DNA from: Thermoproteaceae archaeon
GTDB taxonomy: Archaea > Thermoproteota > Thermoprotei > Thermoproteales > Thermoproteaceae
Direction of reading: 5' to 3'
DNA length: 64,000 nt
Assembly: GCA_020833025.1 (NCBI GenBank)
Contig: JAJHRB010000001.1
Location: 12,277-76,276, forward strand
This document shows positions 31,867 to 42,017 of this stretch, piece by piece. The position numbers were made by a program, and so were the translations under genes. Below the pieces are notes generated by a model. The model was not told the DNA's origin. It searched no databases and worked only from the letters and a program-made list of their open reading frames with translations. Numbering within the stretch: position 1 is the first letter of the stretch; every line of letters begins with the position of its first letter.

Positions 31867-34245
31867 ATGTGGAGAGTAGAGAGAATTGAGATTGAGAACT
31901 TCAGGTCCTACAGAGGGAGGCATGTAATCCTGTCTGGCGATGTGAACATACTCTGGGGGCGCGTTGGCGCGGGCAAGACGAGCGTGCTCTACGCAATCGA
32001 GTACGCGCTCTTCGGCAGACAGCTCGAAGTGAAAGAGAGAGTTGCAAGGCTTGTGGACTTGATACACAGCGGCGCCGATGAGATGAGAATTGCGCTCACG
32101 CTGCGCAGCGGCAGCAGCACGCTCTGCATAGAGAGGCAGCTCGCGCGCGGCGGCGAGAAATTAATCGTGAGGCACGGCGGCGAGGAGCTGAGGGGGGGCG
32201 AGGCCGAGAGCAGGCTGCTGGAACTCATCGGCGCCGATGAAGACGTATACGAGAGGCTCGTCTACATATCTCACAGGACTCTGGAGGATTTCATTTACGG
32301 CACTGCGCGCAAGCGGTCCACCTCTGTCGACAGACTTTTCGGTATAGACATAGTGGACGGTGTTGTCAGGGTTATAGCCGCGTTCGAGCGGGCCCTGATA
32401 GAGCGCGCTGAAAATCTCAGGAGGCGGCTGTCGGCCTACGAGAAGTACAAGGAGGTAATAAGGAAGTATGGCGGCTACGCCGGTGCGGTCTCCAGGCTTA
32501 GCGAGCTTGATAAGGAGATCGCGGCCCTAAGGGAGAGGGAGCGCGAGCTCACAGTGATGCTGGACGAGCTGGCGCAGAGGCGGTCTGCGCACCTGTCAAG
32601 GCTCAAGGAGAGCGAGAGCATTCTCGTTGAGTACTACAAGGCGAAGTCAGAGCTAGAGGCCCTCGAGGCGGTCACTGGAGGCGAGGACGCGACTGCATCG
32701 ACGTTTGAGAAAATCAGAGAGGCCATTAAGGAGGCTGTCGAAGAGTACGAGCACGCGCTCGGCCGCGAGCTCCTGGACAAGCTCACCAAGTCTCAGGATC
32801 TCGAGGCCCTATCGGCTGCGATGATGGAGGCGCACGACGCGCTCGCCAGACTGCTGAGAGACATGGAGGCACAGGTGTTGGAACTTCGAAAATTCCACGA
32901 GCAGTACGCAGCGAAGGCGAGGAGGCTCGAGAGCGAGATTGCGGACATGGAGGCAAGGCTGAGAAGGCTGGAGAGGGGCCACCAGCGGTTTAGGGAGCTG
33001 CAGAAGCAGTACGGACAGCTCGAGTCGGCAAAGGCTGCTCTGTTGGAGTGCAAGAGGAGATTCGAGGAGCTAGAGAGAGGCCTTGCGCTCTTCTCGGCGC
33101 TAAGGACGATCGCTCATTACATCACAGAGACAGGGCTGGAGAGGTGCCCGGTGTGCGGCTCGGCGCTTAGCAAAGACGCCATTGAGGCGCTCGCCAAGAG
33201 CGTAGACGAAAAATTCGGAGGCATGATACGCGAGGCGGAGAGATACAAGGAGAGGGCGAGGGAGCTAGAGAGGGCTATCGAGGAGATGGAAGCGCTAAAT
33301 GCCGAAGTTCTGGAATACCTATCTGTGCGGTCGAGACTTGAGGAGCTGAGAGCGGAGAGAGACGAAACAGTCAGGAGGGCAGTGCAGGCCGAGAAGGCGC
33401 TGCGAGAGCTTGAGAGAAAGGGAGAGAGGCTGAAGATGCTCCTCTCCAGAATTGACAAGCGGGCGCTCCTCGACGCGGTCGCGAGATACAGCAGGGCGGC
33501 TAGAATTAGAGAGCTGCGCAGGAGGCTTAGAGAGCTTGAGGACGCGTTGAGGCGCGCCGGTCTAACGGGCGAGGCAATTGAAATCGACATGAGGTGGAGA
33601 GAGGCCATTGAGAGCCTAGAGAGAGTGACAAGCCGTCTGGCAGAGCTCTACAGAGAGAGAGCCCTTCTGGAGGATGTGACAAAAAGTGTTGGCGGAGAGG
33701 CGGAGGAGCTGAGGAAAGAGCTCGATGCGGCGCTCTACGCGTACAGCAAGCTGGAGGATATAAAGTCCAAGCTCATGCTTGTTAAGCTCCGCGCGCGGGA
33801 GAGACTCCTCGAGGCTGCGAAAAGCAAGCTGAATGAGGTGTTCCTGTCGCTCTATAGATACGGCGACATAGTCAAGGTCGGCGCCGACCTCGAGGGCAGG
33901 AGGGGGTATTATGACTTTCACGCAATAGCGCCAAACGGCGAGCGGTACGGAATCGCGAAGCTTAGCGACGGGCAGAGGCTCTCCATCGCGCTCGCACTAG
34001 CGCTGGCGCTTAGATTTATTTCGAATGTGCAGCTGGGCTTTTTAATATTTGACGACCCAATACCGTACATTGATGTCAATATACGCAAGGCATTTATTGA
34101 GCTAGTGAGGGGCCTTGCAGAGCAATATCAAGTATTCGTGGCAACGCAGTCTGAAGAGCTGGCGCGAGCACTGAGGGCCATCATGCCGCGCTCGAAATTA
34201 TTCGCAGTGGTAAAGAACGGCAGCTCAGAAGTGAGAGAGGAATAA
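31867..34245 (+). CDS. SMC/Rad50-like ABC ATPase (arcadin-4 position)
   Basis: GRVGAGKTS, long coiled coils, central CPVC hook, LSDGQ signature, FLIFDDP. Confidence 0.85.
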   Translation: MWRVERIEIENFRSYRGRHVILSGDVNILWGRVGAGKTSVLYAIEYALFGRQLEVKERVARLVDLIHSGADEMRIALTLRSGSSTLCIERQLARGGEKLIVRHGGEELRGGEAESRLLELIGADEDVYERLVYISHRTLEDFIYGTARKRSTSVDRLFGIDIVDGVVRVIAAFERALIERAENLRRRLSAYEKYKEVIRKYGGYAGAVSRLSELDKEIAALRERERELTVMLDELAQRRSAHLSRLKESESILVEYYKAKSELEALEAVTGGEDATASTFEKIREAIKEAVEEYEHALGRELLDKLTKSQDLEALSAAMMEAHDALARLLRDMEAQVLELRKFHEQYAAKARRLESEIADMEARLRRLERGHQRFRELQKQYGQLESAKAALLECKRRFEELERGLALFSALRTIAHYITETGLERCPVCGSALSKDAIEALAKSVDEKFGGMIREAERYKERARELERAIEEMEALNAEVLEYLSVRSRLEELRAERDETVRRAVQAEKALRELERKGERLKMLLSRIDKRALLDAVARYSRAARIRELRRRLRELEDALRRAGLTGEAIEIDMRWREAIESLERVTSRLAELYRERALLEDVTKSVGGEAEELRKELDAALYAYSKLEDIKSKLMLVKLRARERLLEAAKSKLNEVFLSLYRYGDIVKVGADLEGRRGYYDFHAIAPNGERYGIAKLSDGQRLSIALALALALRFISNVQLGFLIFDDPIPYIDVNIRKAFIELVRGLAEQYQVFVATQSEELARALRAIMPRSKLFAVVKNGSSEVREE

Positions 34246-34253
34246 CCCGCGTC

Positions 34254-34304
34254 TCAGTCCCTGACCCCCTCCTCATGCCACTCAGACTGGTAAGTTCTCG
34301 TCAC
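34254..34304 (-). ncRNA. C/D-box guide sRNA
   Basis: Minus strand GTGACGA-gaacttaccagt-CTGA-gtggc-ATGAGGA-gggggtcaggga-CTGA; 12-nt guides, canonical spacing. Confidence 0.8.
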
Positions 34305-34436
34305 TAGCGCTGCCGGAGGGTGCCCGCATAAGTTTAAAACTAATGCAGGGGCACGACGGGGGCGAGGCCAGGCTGAGCGGAAAGCACTCAGTCCTACAAC
34401 TAAGAAGTATATATACCTCGCGCGTGTCTTTCTCAC

Positions 34437-35435
34437 ATGACGTCCAAGAAGAAGAAACAGGAGGCAGAGGCGGCAGCGCAGGTTGCCGTGCAGGCGAGCC
34501 CAGAGCTAGATGTAGAGGAGCTAGAGGGCGTGGGGAGAGTCACCGGCGCGAGACTCAAGGAGAGAGGTTACTATACTGTGCACGACGTGGCGTTTGCATC
34601 AGTTAAAGAGCTTGCAGAGATCTTGGGGAACGAGGAGCGCGCGCAGCAGATCATTAACGCGGCCCGGAAAATGCTGGGCCTCAACGCATTCATAACAGCG
34701 CTTGAGGTGTACGATAGGAGGAAGAAGGTAAGGCGGATATCGACTGGCATAAAGGCTCTCGACGAGCTGCTAGGCGGCGGCATAGAGACAAAGGCCGTGA
34801 CAGAAATTGCCGGCGAGTTCGGCTCCGGGAAGACACAGCTATGCCACCAGCTAGCGGTGATGGTGCAGCTGCCCGAGGACAGGGGCGGGCTCAACGCCAA
34901 GGCAATTTACATCGACACAGAAAACACGTTCAGGCCGGAGCGAATAGTTCAGATAGCCAAGGCTAGAGGACTGGATCCAGATGAGGCACTGCGCAACATA
35001 CTCTACGCGAGAGCCTACAGCTCTGATCACCAGATGCTGCTGGTCGAGCAGGCAAAGTCCATGGTCAAGAGGCAGGGCGCGTCACTCCTAATTGTGGACT
35101 GCGTCATAGCGCACTTTAGAGCCGAGTACCCGGGCAGGGAGAATCTTGCAGAGAGACAGCAGAAGCTGAATAAACATGTCGCGGACCTGCTCAGAATAGC
35201 TGACGCGTACGACGTCGCCGTCGTGATAACAAACCAGGTCATGGCACAGCCTGATGTGTTCTTCGGCAACCCGCTGAGACCGGCGGGCGGCAATATTCTG
35301 GCTCACGGCGCGACGTACCGCATATGGCTCAGGAAGTCCAAGGAGAACATCAGGATAGCAAAGATTTTCGACAGCCCCTACCACCCAGAAGGAGAGGTCT
35401 CCTTCAGGATCACCGAGGAGGGCCTTGTCGATTAG
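34437..35435 (+). CDS. radA: DNA repair and recombination protein RadA
   Basis: N-terminal Hh[29 protein letters not shown]. Confidence 0.97.
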   Translation: MTSKKKKQEAEAAAQVAVQASPELDVEELEGVGRVTGARLKERGYYTVHDVAFASVKELAEILGNEERAQQIINAARKMLGLNAFITALEVYDRRKKVRRISTGIKALDELLGGGIETKAVTEIAGEFGSGKTQLCHQLAVMVQLPEDRGGLNAKAIYIDTENTFRPERIVQIAKARGLDPDEALRNILYARAYSSDHQMLLVEQAKSMVKRQGASLLIVDCVIAHFRAEYPGRENLAERQQKLNKHVADLLRIADAYDVAVVITNQVMAQPDVFFGNPLRPAGGNILAHGATYRIWLRKSKENIRIAKIFDSPYHPEGEVSFRITEEGLVD

Positions 35436-36037
35436 GTGTTCCGACCGCCGTGCATTAACAACAGCCAGTTGTACGCCGGCAGGAATTTAAAATTTGTCGT
35501 GACAAAGTCCCAGAACTTGCGGTAGATCTCGGCCGCTGGGTGCGACGATATTAACGCAAGCAGTCTAGCTGCCTCCGAGAAGCGGCCTGCAATAGCTAGA
35601 CTCGCTGACACGTCAACGGCGAGAGTCCTCACGAGAGTGAGGGGGAGAGTCTCGCCCTCGATTATCTGGGCACGCGCGCGCTCGACTACGAGCTCCGGGC
35701 TCGCTCTCGCGACTATCGAGTCGACAAGGCGCTTGAGCATGGCAAGCGAGAGCTCGTAGGCGAGCTCGTCGGCCTTCACGCCGCTCGGCACGGCCCAGAC
35801 TTCTATTAACTCCGGCTCCGTCACCGCGCGGGCGGTTGCAGCCTCTCTCATTATTGCGTAGTCGTTGGGCGGTAGTGACACCTTGAGTATTATCATGTCG
35901 CCAATTTCTAGCTTTGTCCGGTCAGCGCCCACTATCACAACATCAATAGGCGCTGGCCCGACGAGCTCTATACTTCTTTCAATTCTCTTTAGGGTCTCCT
36001 CTCTCACTTCGGCGGTAATAATGAAGTCGGCACTCAT
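35432..36037 (-). CDS. Hypothetical protein
   Basis: 201-aa ORF with native codon usage filling the gap. Confidence 0.6.
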   Translation of the reverse strand: MSADFIITAEVREETLKRIERSIELVGPAPIDVVIVGADRTKLEIGDMIILKVSLPPNDYAIMREAATARAVTEPELIEVWAVPSGVKADELAYELSLAMLKRLVDSIVARASPELVVERARAQIIEGETLPLTLVRTLAVDVSASLAIAGRFSEAARLLALISSHPAAEIYRKFWDFVTTNFKFLPAYNWLLLMHGGRNT

Positions 36038-36090
36038 GACTTCACCTGACCTCCTGAGGTTAATGTTTTATATGCGAAATAAAGGGCCGC

Positions 36091-37701
36091 GTGGGCGCGC
36101 CAAAATTTGACGTGATTATCACGACAGATCGCTCCATGATGTCGAACTACCACCACAAGGAGTTTCTCGGGTTTGGCACAACAGGGCCCGTGTTCGTAGA
36201 GCTGCCGCTCGGGCTCTCGGAAGTATTTCACTCCTTTCTGTTTGCCCCTAAGGTGAAGACCGACAGGTGGGGGAGGCCTCTTGAGGCGCCGTACGGGATG
36301 AGAAAAATCGAGGCAAAACTGCTAGATGCCGGCATCAACGCGGCAGTGATAGACCCCAGCCACGTCCACAAGCACATACCGCGCGCTAAGGTGCTCATGT
36401 TGAGCCACCACGACTACTTCGGTCTTAACCCTCCAAGCAGCACTTGGGGCGTGATTCTCAATAGAGAGCCGATGAATGCCATGTTCTTCAGGAGGTTCAT
36501 GGAGAGAATCGCGCCGCTGGTTAAGAGAGCCAAGGCGGAGAACGGGCTCAGAGTGATAGCCGGGGGGCCGGCAGCGTGGCAATGGCTTTACTTCCCCGAG
36601 CTTATAGAGAGGTGGGGCGTAGATACAATATTCGACGGCGAGGGCGAGAGACACATCGTGTCGCTTGTGAAAATGGCACTGGAGGGGGAGCCGCTCCCGA
36701 AGTACTTGTACGTCGGCGCCGACGAAGCCCCCAGCCTCTCTGAAATCTCGACGATTAAGTACCCGAGCATAAACGGGCTCGTAGAGATAGGCAGAGGCTG
36801 CCCCAGACGCTGCGCGTTCTGCCCCGTGACATTACGCCCCCTACGATGGTACCCGCTTAGCAAAATTGAGGAGGAGATTAAAGTGAACGTACAGGCAGGG
36901 GTCGTAGACGGCATACTGCATGCGGAGGACGTGCCTCTCTACGGCTCCAGCGGCATCGTGCTGGACCCCGAGAAAGTAATAGCTCTGCATAAGCTGGCCA
37001 AACGTTACTACCGCAGGGTAGGGTGGAGCCACACGGCGCTGGCCACGGTGTACCACGGAGAGAAGAAGATGGGGCGTCTCTTCACAAAGCTGGCTGAGAT
37101 CCTGCTTGACGAGGATCAAGAGTGGTGGGGGGCCCAGGTGGGCCTTGAGACTGGGTCTGTGCGCCTGATTAAGAGGTTCATGCCGGGGAAGGTAGCGCCG
37201 TACCGGATCGAGCAGTGGAGGGAGATAGTCGTGGAGGCTGCTGCTATAATGCACGAAATCAGGCTGATACCCGCGCTTACAATAATAGTAGGGCTGCCAG
37301 AGGAGCGGCCGGAGGATGTCATTGAGACCATCGAGCTGGTGGAGCAGCTCAGGCCGTACAGGAGCTTAATCGTGCCGCTCTTCTACGTGCCCATGAGCCA
37401 CGTTACGAGCGGGAAGACCGGGTGGCTTGACAGGCTGAACCTGTACCCAGAGCACCTCGACCTGTTAAAGCTCGTCGCGAGACACTCGATACACTGGGCC
37501 CGGGATATAGTTAACAGGTTTTACCTGCGGGGGATGCGCTACGCTCTTGTGAGATTTTTAATAAATTATTTCATTAACTATGTCGAGAGGAAGTTGAATG
37601 AGATAGAAGATGTCGTGGAGAGCTACAAGGAGAGGCTAAAGCAGTTCAGAGAATCCGCTAGGAGAGAGATCCTACTGTTTTCGGACATTAAGTGCCGTTA
37701 A
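36091..37701 (+). CDS. B12-binding-domain radical SAM protein
   Basis: GRGCPRRCAFC (CxxxCxxC); IAGGP upstream. Confidence 0.88.
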   Translation: MGAPKFDVIITTDRSMMSNYHHKEFLGFGTTGPVFVELPLGLSEVFHSFLFAPKVKTDRWGRPLEAPYGMRKIEAKLLDAGINAAVIDPSHVHKHIPRAKVLMLSHHDYFGLNPPSSTWGVILNREPMNAMFFRRFMERIAPLVKRAKAENGLRVIAGGPAAWQWLYFPELIERWGVDTIFDGEGERHIVSLVKMALEGEPLPKYLYVGADEAPSLSEISTIKYPSINGLVEIGRGCPRRCAFCPVTLRPLRWYPLSKIEEEIKVNVQAGVVDGILHAEDVPLYGSSGIVLDPEKVIALHKLAKRYYRRVGWSHTALATVYHGEKKMGRLFTKLAEILLDEDQEWWGAQVGLETGSVRLIKRFMPGKVAPYRIEQWREIVVEAAAIMHEIRLIPALTIIVGLPEERPEDVIETIELVEQLRPYRSLIVPLFYVPMSHVTSGKTGWLDRLNLYPEHLDLLKLVARHSIHWARDIVNRFYLRGMRYALVRFLINYFINYVERKLNEIEDVVESYKERLKQFRESARREILLFSDIKCR

Positions 37702-38164
37702 GTGCAAAGCCTAGAAGCCTGCCGCGCAGCGAGCCCCTCACGTCGACAAGCGAGCCCGCGCGAGCGAAACCCAGCACTGCAGCCAAAATGCAAGCTGTGC
37801 CGCACTGCACGCAGCACGAAAGCGGGACTTCCTTGTCGCACTCAACCTCGCCGTGCTTGCAAACAAGCTCCTCGATGAGCTTCCAGGCCTTCCTCAATAG
37901 ACTCTCGCGCGGGACTTGAAGCTCGAGCGCTAGAGATGTTGTAATACCGTAAATGTCAGTAATGTAGAGTATCGACTTGACGCCGAGGCGCGAGGCGAGC
38001 GACGACATACACGGCAGAGTCCTCCTCTCCAGCCTGCCGCCGCAAAGCCGGTATATTTCCTTAAACCGCTTTAGCGCTTCGGCGTCTGCCTCGACATACG
38101 CTAACAGCCCGCTTCTCCAGTCAACAAGCGCGACTCCCCTGCACGCATATCCGTCAGCGTGCAC
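37688..38164 (-). CDS. Hypothetical Cys-rich protein
   Basis: 158-aa ORF with several Cys residues; divergent TATA near 38167. Confidence 0.55.
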   Translation of the reverse strand: MHADGYACRGVALVDWRSGLLAYVEADAEALKRFKEIYRLCGGRLERRTLPCMSSLASRLGVKSILYITDIYGITTSLALELQVPRESLLRKAWKLIEELVCKHGEVECDKEVPLSCCVQCGTACILAAVLGFARAGSLVDVRGSLRGRLLGFALNGT

Positions 38165-38252
38165 GATTTATATGTTGCCGCAGGGCTTAAGCGGCGTGGC
38201 GACGGTGTGTCTCGCGTGCGCAGAGCACGAATATGCCAGACCGTCGGCCGCG

Positions 38253-38505
38253 GTGCGGTGCACTATCTGCGGGGCCGAGGTCGGCTGGAGGAATGTGATA
38301 TCCCATTACGTGGAACACGGCAAGAGGGACGGGGATGGCGTCGCGTGCACTATATGCAATGAGCGAGTAAGCCCGGCGATTACAGGCAGCACGTGAGGGG
38401 GCACTTTGTGGTGAGGCGCGAGTCTTACTACACGCGCGGCGTCTGCGGGAGAAGCTTTATTGTTGTCAAATCGCTTATTGTGCGCAAATGAGATCGCACG
38501 AATGA
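38253..38505 (+). pseudogene. Triple C2H2 zinc-finger protein gene with two apparent 1-nt deletions
   Basis: CTIC..HYVEH; CTIC then, in the -1 frame, DYRQHVRGH; third finger RGVCGRSF...; a further shift gives MRSHE* whose TGA overlaps the carS ATG (ATGA 38502-38505). Confidence 0.6.
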
Positions 38506-38999
38506 TAGACATAGTCGGCTTCCTGCTTCTCATTTGGCCCCCTTATGTTGCCAACGGCTCTGCCGTTCTGGCCAGCAAGCTTAAGTGGCGCCACCCCGTG
38601 GACTTTGGCAGGACGCTTCCAGACGGTAGGCGGGTTTTTGGAGACGGCAAGACTTACGAGGGGCTCCTGATCGGGATCTCTGCCGGCACGCTGGTGGGCT
38701 ACCTGCCTAACATTGCATGCCCGCGTCTAGCGCTTCATGATGCCTTAATTCTGTCGGCGGCGGCAATGCTGGGAGACCTGCTCGGCGCCTTCATAAAGCG
38801 CCGCCTCTGCATGCCCCGGGGGTACCCCGCTGTTCCCCTCGACCAGCTCGACTTCATACTCACGTCGCTGCTGGTGTACAGCATATACGCCGACGTGCCA
38901 CTGGAGTTCATAGCCGCAGCAGCAGTAATAACGCCGCTCATGCACCGCGCAACCAACCGCATAGCACATCTAGTGGGACTGAAGGGCGAGCCGTGGTAG
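38502..38999 (+). CDS. carS: CDP-archaeol synthase (DUF46)
   Basis: PPYVANG, VFGDGKTYEG, LGDLLGAFIKRR, PLDQLD. Confidence 0.92.
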   Translation: MIDIVGFLLLIWPPYVANGSAVLASKLKWRHPVDFGRTLPDGRRVFGDGKTYEGLLIGISAGTLVGYLPNIACPRLALHDALILSAAAMLGDLLGAFIKRRLCMPRGYPAVPLDQLDFILTSLLVYSIYADVPLEFIAAAAVITPLMHRATNRIAHLVGLKGEPW

Positions 39000-39037
39000 G
39001 GACTGAATATTTTAATAGTGCCGCCATGCACTAATCC

Positions 39038-39328
39038 ATGTACATTGTTATCGGCGACAGGCTAACGGTGGCGCTATTCAAGTTAATGGGGTTTGAGGGC
39101 ACTGTCATGGAGGATCCGAAGGAGGCGCTCGCGTTCATGGCCAAGGGAATCGAAACTTATGATATTATCTTCATTGCGTCCAAAGTCGCAAAGCCAATAC
39201 GGAGGGAACTCGACGACATCAGACTCAAGAACCCGCGCAAGTTTATAGTGGAGATCCCGAGCGTAGAGGAGAGCATCGAGCGCGAGGTTAACTACCTCTG
39301 GCTCGTCAGACAGGTTCTCGGCGGCTGA
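39038..39328 (+). CDS. atpF: A/V-type ATP synthase subunit F
   Basis: VIGDRLTVALFKLMG N-terminus; IVEIPS. Confidence 0.8.
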   Translation: MYIVIGDRLTVALFKLMGFEGTVMEDPKEALAFMAKGIETYDIIFIASKVAKPIRRELDDIRLKNPRKFIVEIPSVEESIEREVNYLWLVRQVLGG

Positions 39329-39359
39329 ACTCTTTTTAAGTGGGCAGATAGCACCCTTC

Positions 39360-39935
39360 ATGTCCTCGCTCTTTGCGAGCCTGGTGAGCAGCAAAATAAA
39401 CGAGCTCGAGGAGTTGAAGAAAAACATTCCAGTCGAGATCGAGACGAGACTCAAGCGGGAGGCCCACGCAGTGTTGTCGAAATTCTCTGAGAAAATTTCA
39501 AGCGTAGAGAGCGAGGTCGCTCTCGAGCGAGAGCGCTTGCTTTTCGAGGCGTTAATCCGGTCGAGAGAGGTAGTTGCGGAGACGTACGAACAGATGCTCA
39601 GAGACTTAATAGAGGCTGTGTACAGCGAGATAGACAAGCTTAGGGGGTCGGAGAGGTACGCGAGACTGCTAGCGAGACTTCTTGAAAGCTCGCTCAAGTA
39701 CGTACAGTCGAGGGACGTCGTGATATATGTCTCGCCGAGGGACAGAGGTGTTGTGGAGGCCGTTGCGAGAAACATGGGCATTACCGGCATCGTAGCCGAG
39801 AGGGACATCAGGGGCGGCATCATAGTTGCCTCTAAAGACGGCTCGATCATGGTCGACTACTCAATTGAAACGCTCCTCTCAAACATGATGGAAGACTTAA
39901 AACATCTAGTATACGCGGAGGTACATGAGCGGTAG
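39360..39935 (+). CDS. atpE: A/V-type ATP synthase subunit E
   Basis: Coiled N-terminus; IRGGIIVASKDGSIMVDYSIET. Confidence 0.8.
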   Translation: MSSLFASLVSSKINELEELKKNIPVEIETRLKREAHAVLSKFSEKISSVESEVALERERLLFEALIRSREVVAETYEQMLRDLIEAVYSEIDKLRGSERYARLLARLLESSLKYVQSRDVVIYVSPRDRGVVEAVARNMGITGIVAERDIRGGIIVASKDGSIMVDYSIETLLSNMMEDLKHLVYAEVHER

Positions 39936-41730
39936 TGGAGTCGGCAAGATAGAATACATCTCTGGCCCCGTCATCAAAGCAGACCTTCCCGGCGCTAAGC
40001 TTTACGAGCTCGTCTTCGTCGGCGAGCTTAAGCTGTTCGGCGAGGTTGTCAGAATACAGGGAGACAAAGTATTCGTTCAGGTCTACGAGGACACCACCGG
40101 TCTCAGGCCGGGCGAGCCGGTCATAAGGACCGGCGAGCCGCTCAGCGCGTGGCTCGGGCCGACGATAATGGGCAAGATTTACGACGGGGTGCAGAGGCCT
40201 CTCAAGTTCATCGAGGAGATATTCAAGAGGCCGTTCGTGGCACGAGGCATAGGGTATGACAAGGCGCCGCCGCTCGACTTGAACGCAGAGTTCGAGTTCA
40301 TGCCAGACGTGAAGCCGGGCGAGGAGGTCTGGCCAGGCGACATCCTGGGCCACGTCAAGGAGACAGAGCTGACCACACACTACGTAATGTACCCGCCGCT
40401 GCCGGGCAACACGCCAGGCGTTGTCGAGTGGATTGCCGAGGGCAAGCATAGGGTTGACGACGTCATAGCCAGGGTCAGAACAAAGCACGGAGTGGTGGAG
40501 GTCAAGATGTGGCACAAGTGGCCCGTTAGAAAGCCGAGGCCCTTCAGGGAGAAGCTCCCGCCGACGGAGCCTCTAATTACAGGCCAGCGGGTCATTGAAA
40601 CCATGTTCCCGGTAGCCAGGGGAGGCACTGCCTCGGTTCCCGGCCCCTTCGGCACCGGCAAGACGGTTCTTCTCAGGGCGCTGTTCCTGTTCGCGCAGGC
40701 CAGGATAATCGTGCCAGTGCTCTGCGGCGAGCGCGGCAACGAGGCTGCCGACGCGCTGCACACGCTGCTGAAGCTTAAGGACGTCGCGACCGGCAGATCG
40801 CTCCTGGAGAGGACTATAATTATCGTCAACACGTCTAACATGCCCGTGGCCGCGAGGGAGGCGTCAGTCTACATGGGCGTAACGATTGCCGAGTACTTCA
40901 GAGATCAGGGCTACGACGTTCTCCTGACGGCGGACTCGACGTCGCGCTGGGCCGAGGCCATGAGGGAGGTCGCGCTGCGTATAGGCGAGATGCCGTCAGA
41001 GGAGGGCTTCCCGGCTTACCTGCCGACCAGGATTGCCGAGTTCTACGAGCGCGCCGGCCGCGTGAGGGTTCTAGGCAAGAAAGAGCGCGTCGGCTCCGTC
41101 ACGATATGCGCCTCCGTAAGCCCGCCCGGCGGCGACTTCACAGAGCCGGTCACGTCGCACACCCTCAGGTTCGTGGGCACGTTCTGGCCGCTGTCCGCGA
41201 AGCTCGCCTACGCGAGGCACTACCCCGCAATAGACTGGCTCCTCGCGTTCTCGCGCTACGTCGACACGGTCGAGGTGTGGTGGTCCGCGAACGTATCGCC
41301 GGAGTGGAAGAAAATACGGGACGAGTTCCAGTCTCTGCTGGTCAAGGAGGCCGAGCTCGCAGAGATCGTCAGGATCCTCGGCACAGAGGCGCTGAGCGAG
41401 TACGAGAAGCACATAATGAACGCTGCCTATCTGATCAGGGAGGGCTTCCTGAAGCAGGACGCATACAACCCAGTAGACACGCCGTGTTCGCCCCTCAAGA
41501 ACTTCCTACTCGCCAAGGCTATCCACACGTTCTACGAGGAGGGCTTGAAGGCCGTTGAAGCCGGAGTTCCGGCGTCGGTGCTCAGAGAGCTCGAGACCGT
41601 TAAGCGCTTGCCGAGGCTCAGAATGGAGGTGACCAACGAGGCAGCCAAGGAGGAGATAACGAAATTCATCGAGAAGATGGTCGAGGAGATCCGGGCCGCG
41701 GTGGCCAAATACGCTGGCAGGAAGGTATAG
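39925..41730 (+). CDS. atpA: A/V-type ATP synthase subunit A
   Basis: GPFGTGKT, CGERGNE, DSTSRWAEA, PSEEGFPAYL. Confidence 0.96.
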   Translation: MSGSGVGKIEYISGPVIKADLPGAKLYELVFVGELKLFGEVVRIQGDKVFVQVYEDTTGLRPGEPVIRTGEPLSAWLGPTIMGKIYDGVQRPLKFIEEIFKRPFVARGIGYDKAPPLDLNAEFEFMPDVKPGEEVWPGDILGHVKETELTTHYVMYPPLPGNTPGVVEWIAEGKHRVDDVIARVRTKHGVVEVKMWHKWPVRKPRPFREKLPPTEPLITGQRVIETMFPVARGGTASVPGPFGTGKTVLLRALFLFAQARIIVPVLCGERGNEAADALHTLLKLKDVATGRSLLERTIIIVNTSNMPVAAREASVYMGVTIAEYFRDQGYDVLLTADSTSRWAEAMREVALRIGEMPSEEGFPAYLPTRIAEFYERAGRVRVLGKKERVGSVTICASVSPPGGDFTEPVTSHTLRFVGTFWPLSAKLAYARHYPAIDWLLAFSRYVDTVEVWWSANVSPEWKKIRDEFQSLLVKEAELAEIVRILGTEALSEYEKHIMNAAYLIREGFLKQDAYNPVDTPCSPLKNFLLAKAIHTFYEEGLKAVEAGVPASVLRELETVKRLPRLRMEVTNEAAKEEITKFIEKMVEEIRAAVAKYAGRKV

Positions 41731-41783
41731 GCCAGCCGGCTCCAGCAGATTTTTTATAAACTAAGCTGGAGATCTCTTTCTCT

Positions 41784-42011
41784 GTGGGCAGAATAGTCAT
41801 TGGCGTTAAGGACGTTTCTGTCATACCCAGAGAGCAGGCAAAGGAGCTCCTCAAGAAGCTGAGACTGAAGCCGTGGCAACTCCCCTGGATCAGAGCCAGC
41901 GACCCCCTTGTTAAGTATGCCGGCGCGAGGCCCGGAGATATACTGAAAATAGTCGAGGAGTTCCCGACGGCCGAGGAGGTAGTGTGTTACCGCCTCGTCG
42001 TGCCGGGATAG
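41784..42011 (+). CDS. rpoH: RNA polymerase subunit H (Rpo5)
   Basis: QLPWIRASDP, GARPGDILKI, YRLVV. Confidence 0.9.
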   Translation: MGRIVIGVKDVSVIPREQAKELLKKLRLKPWQLPWIRASDPLVKYAGARPGDILKIVEEFPTAEEVVCYRLVVPG

Positions 42012-42017
42012 GCAGCC

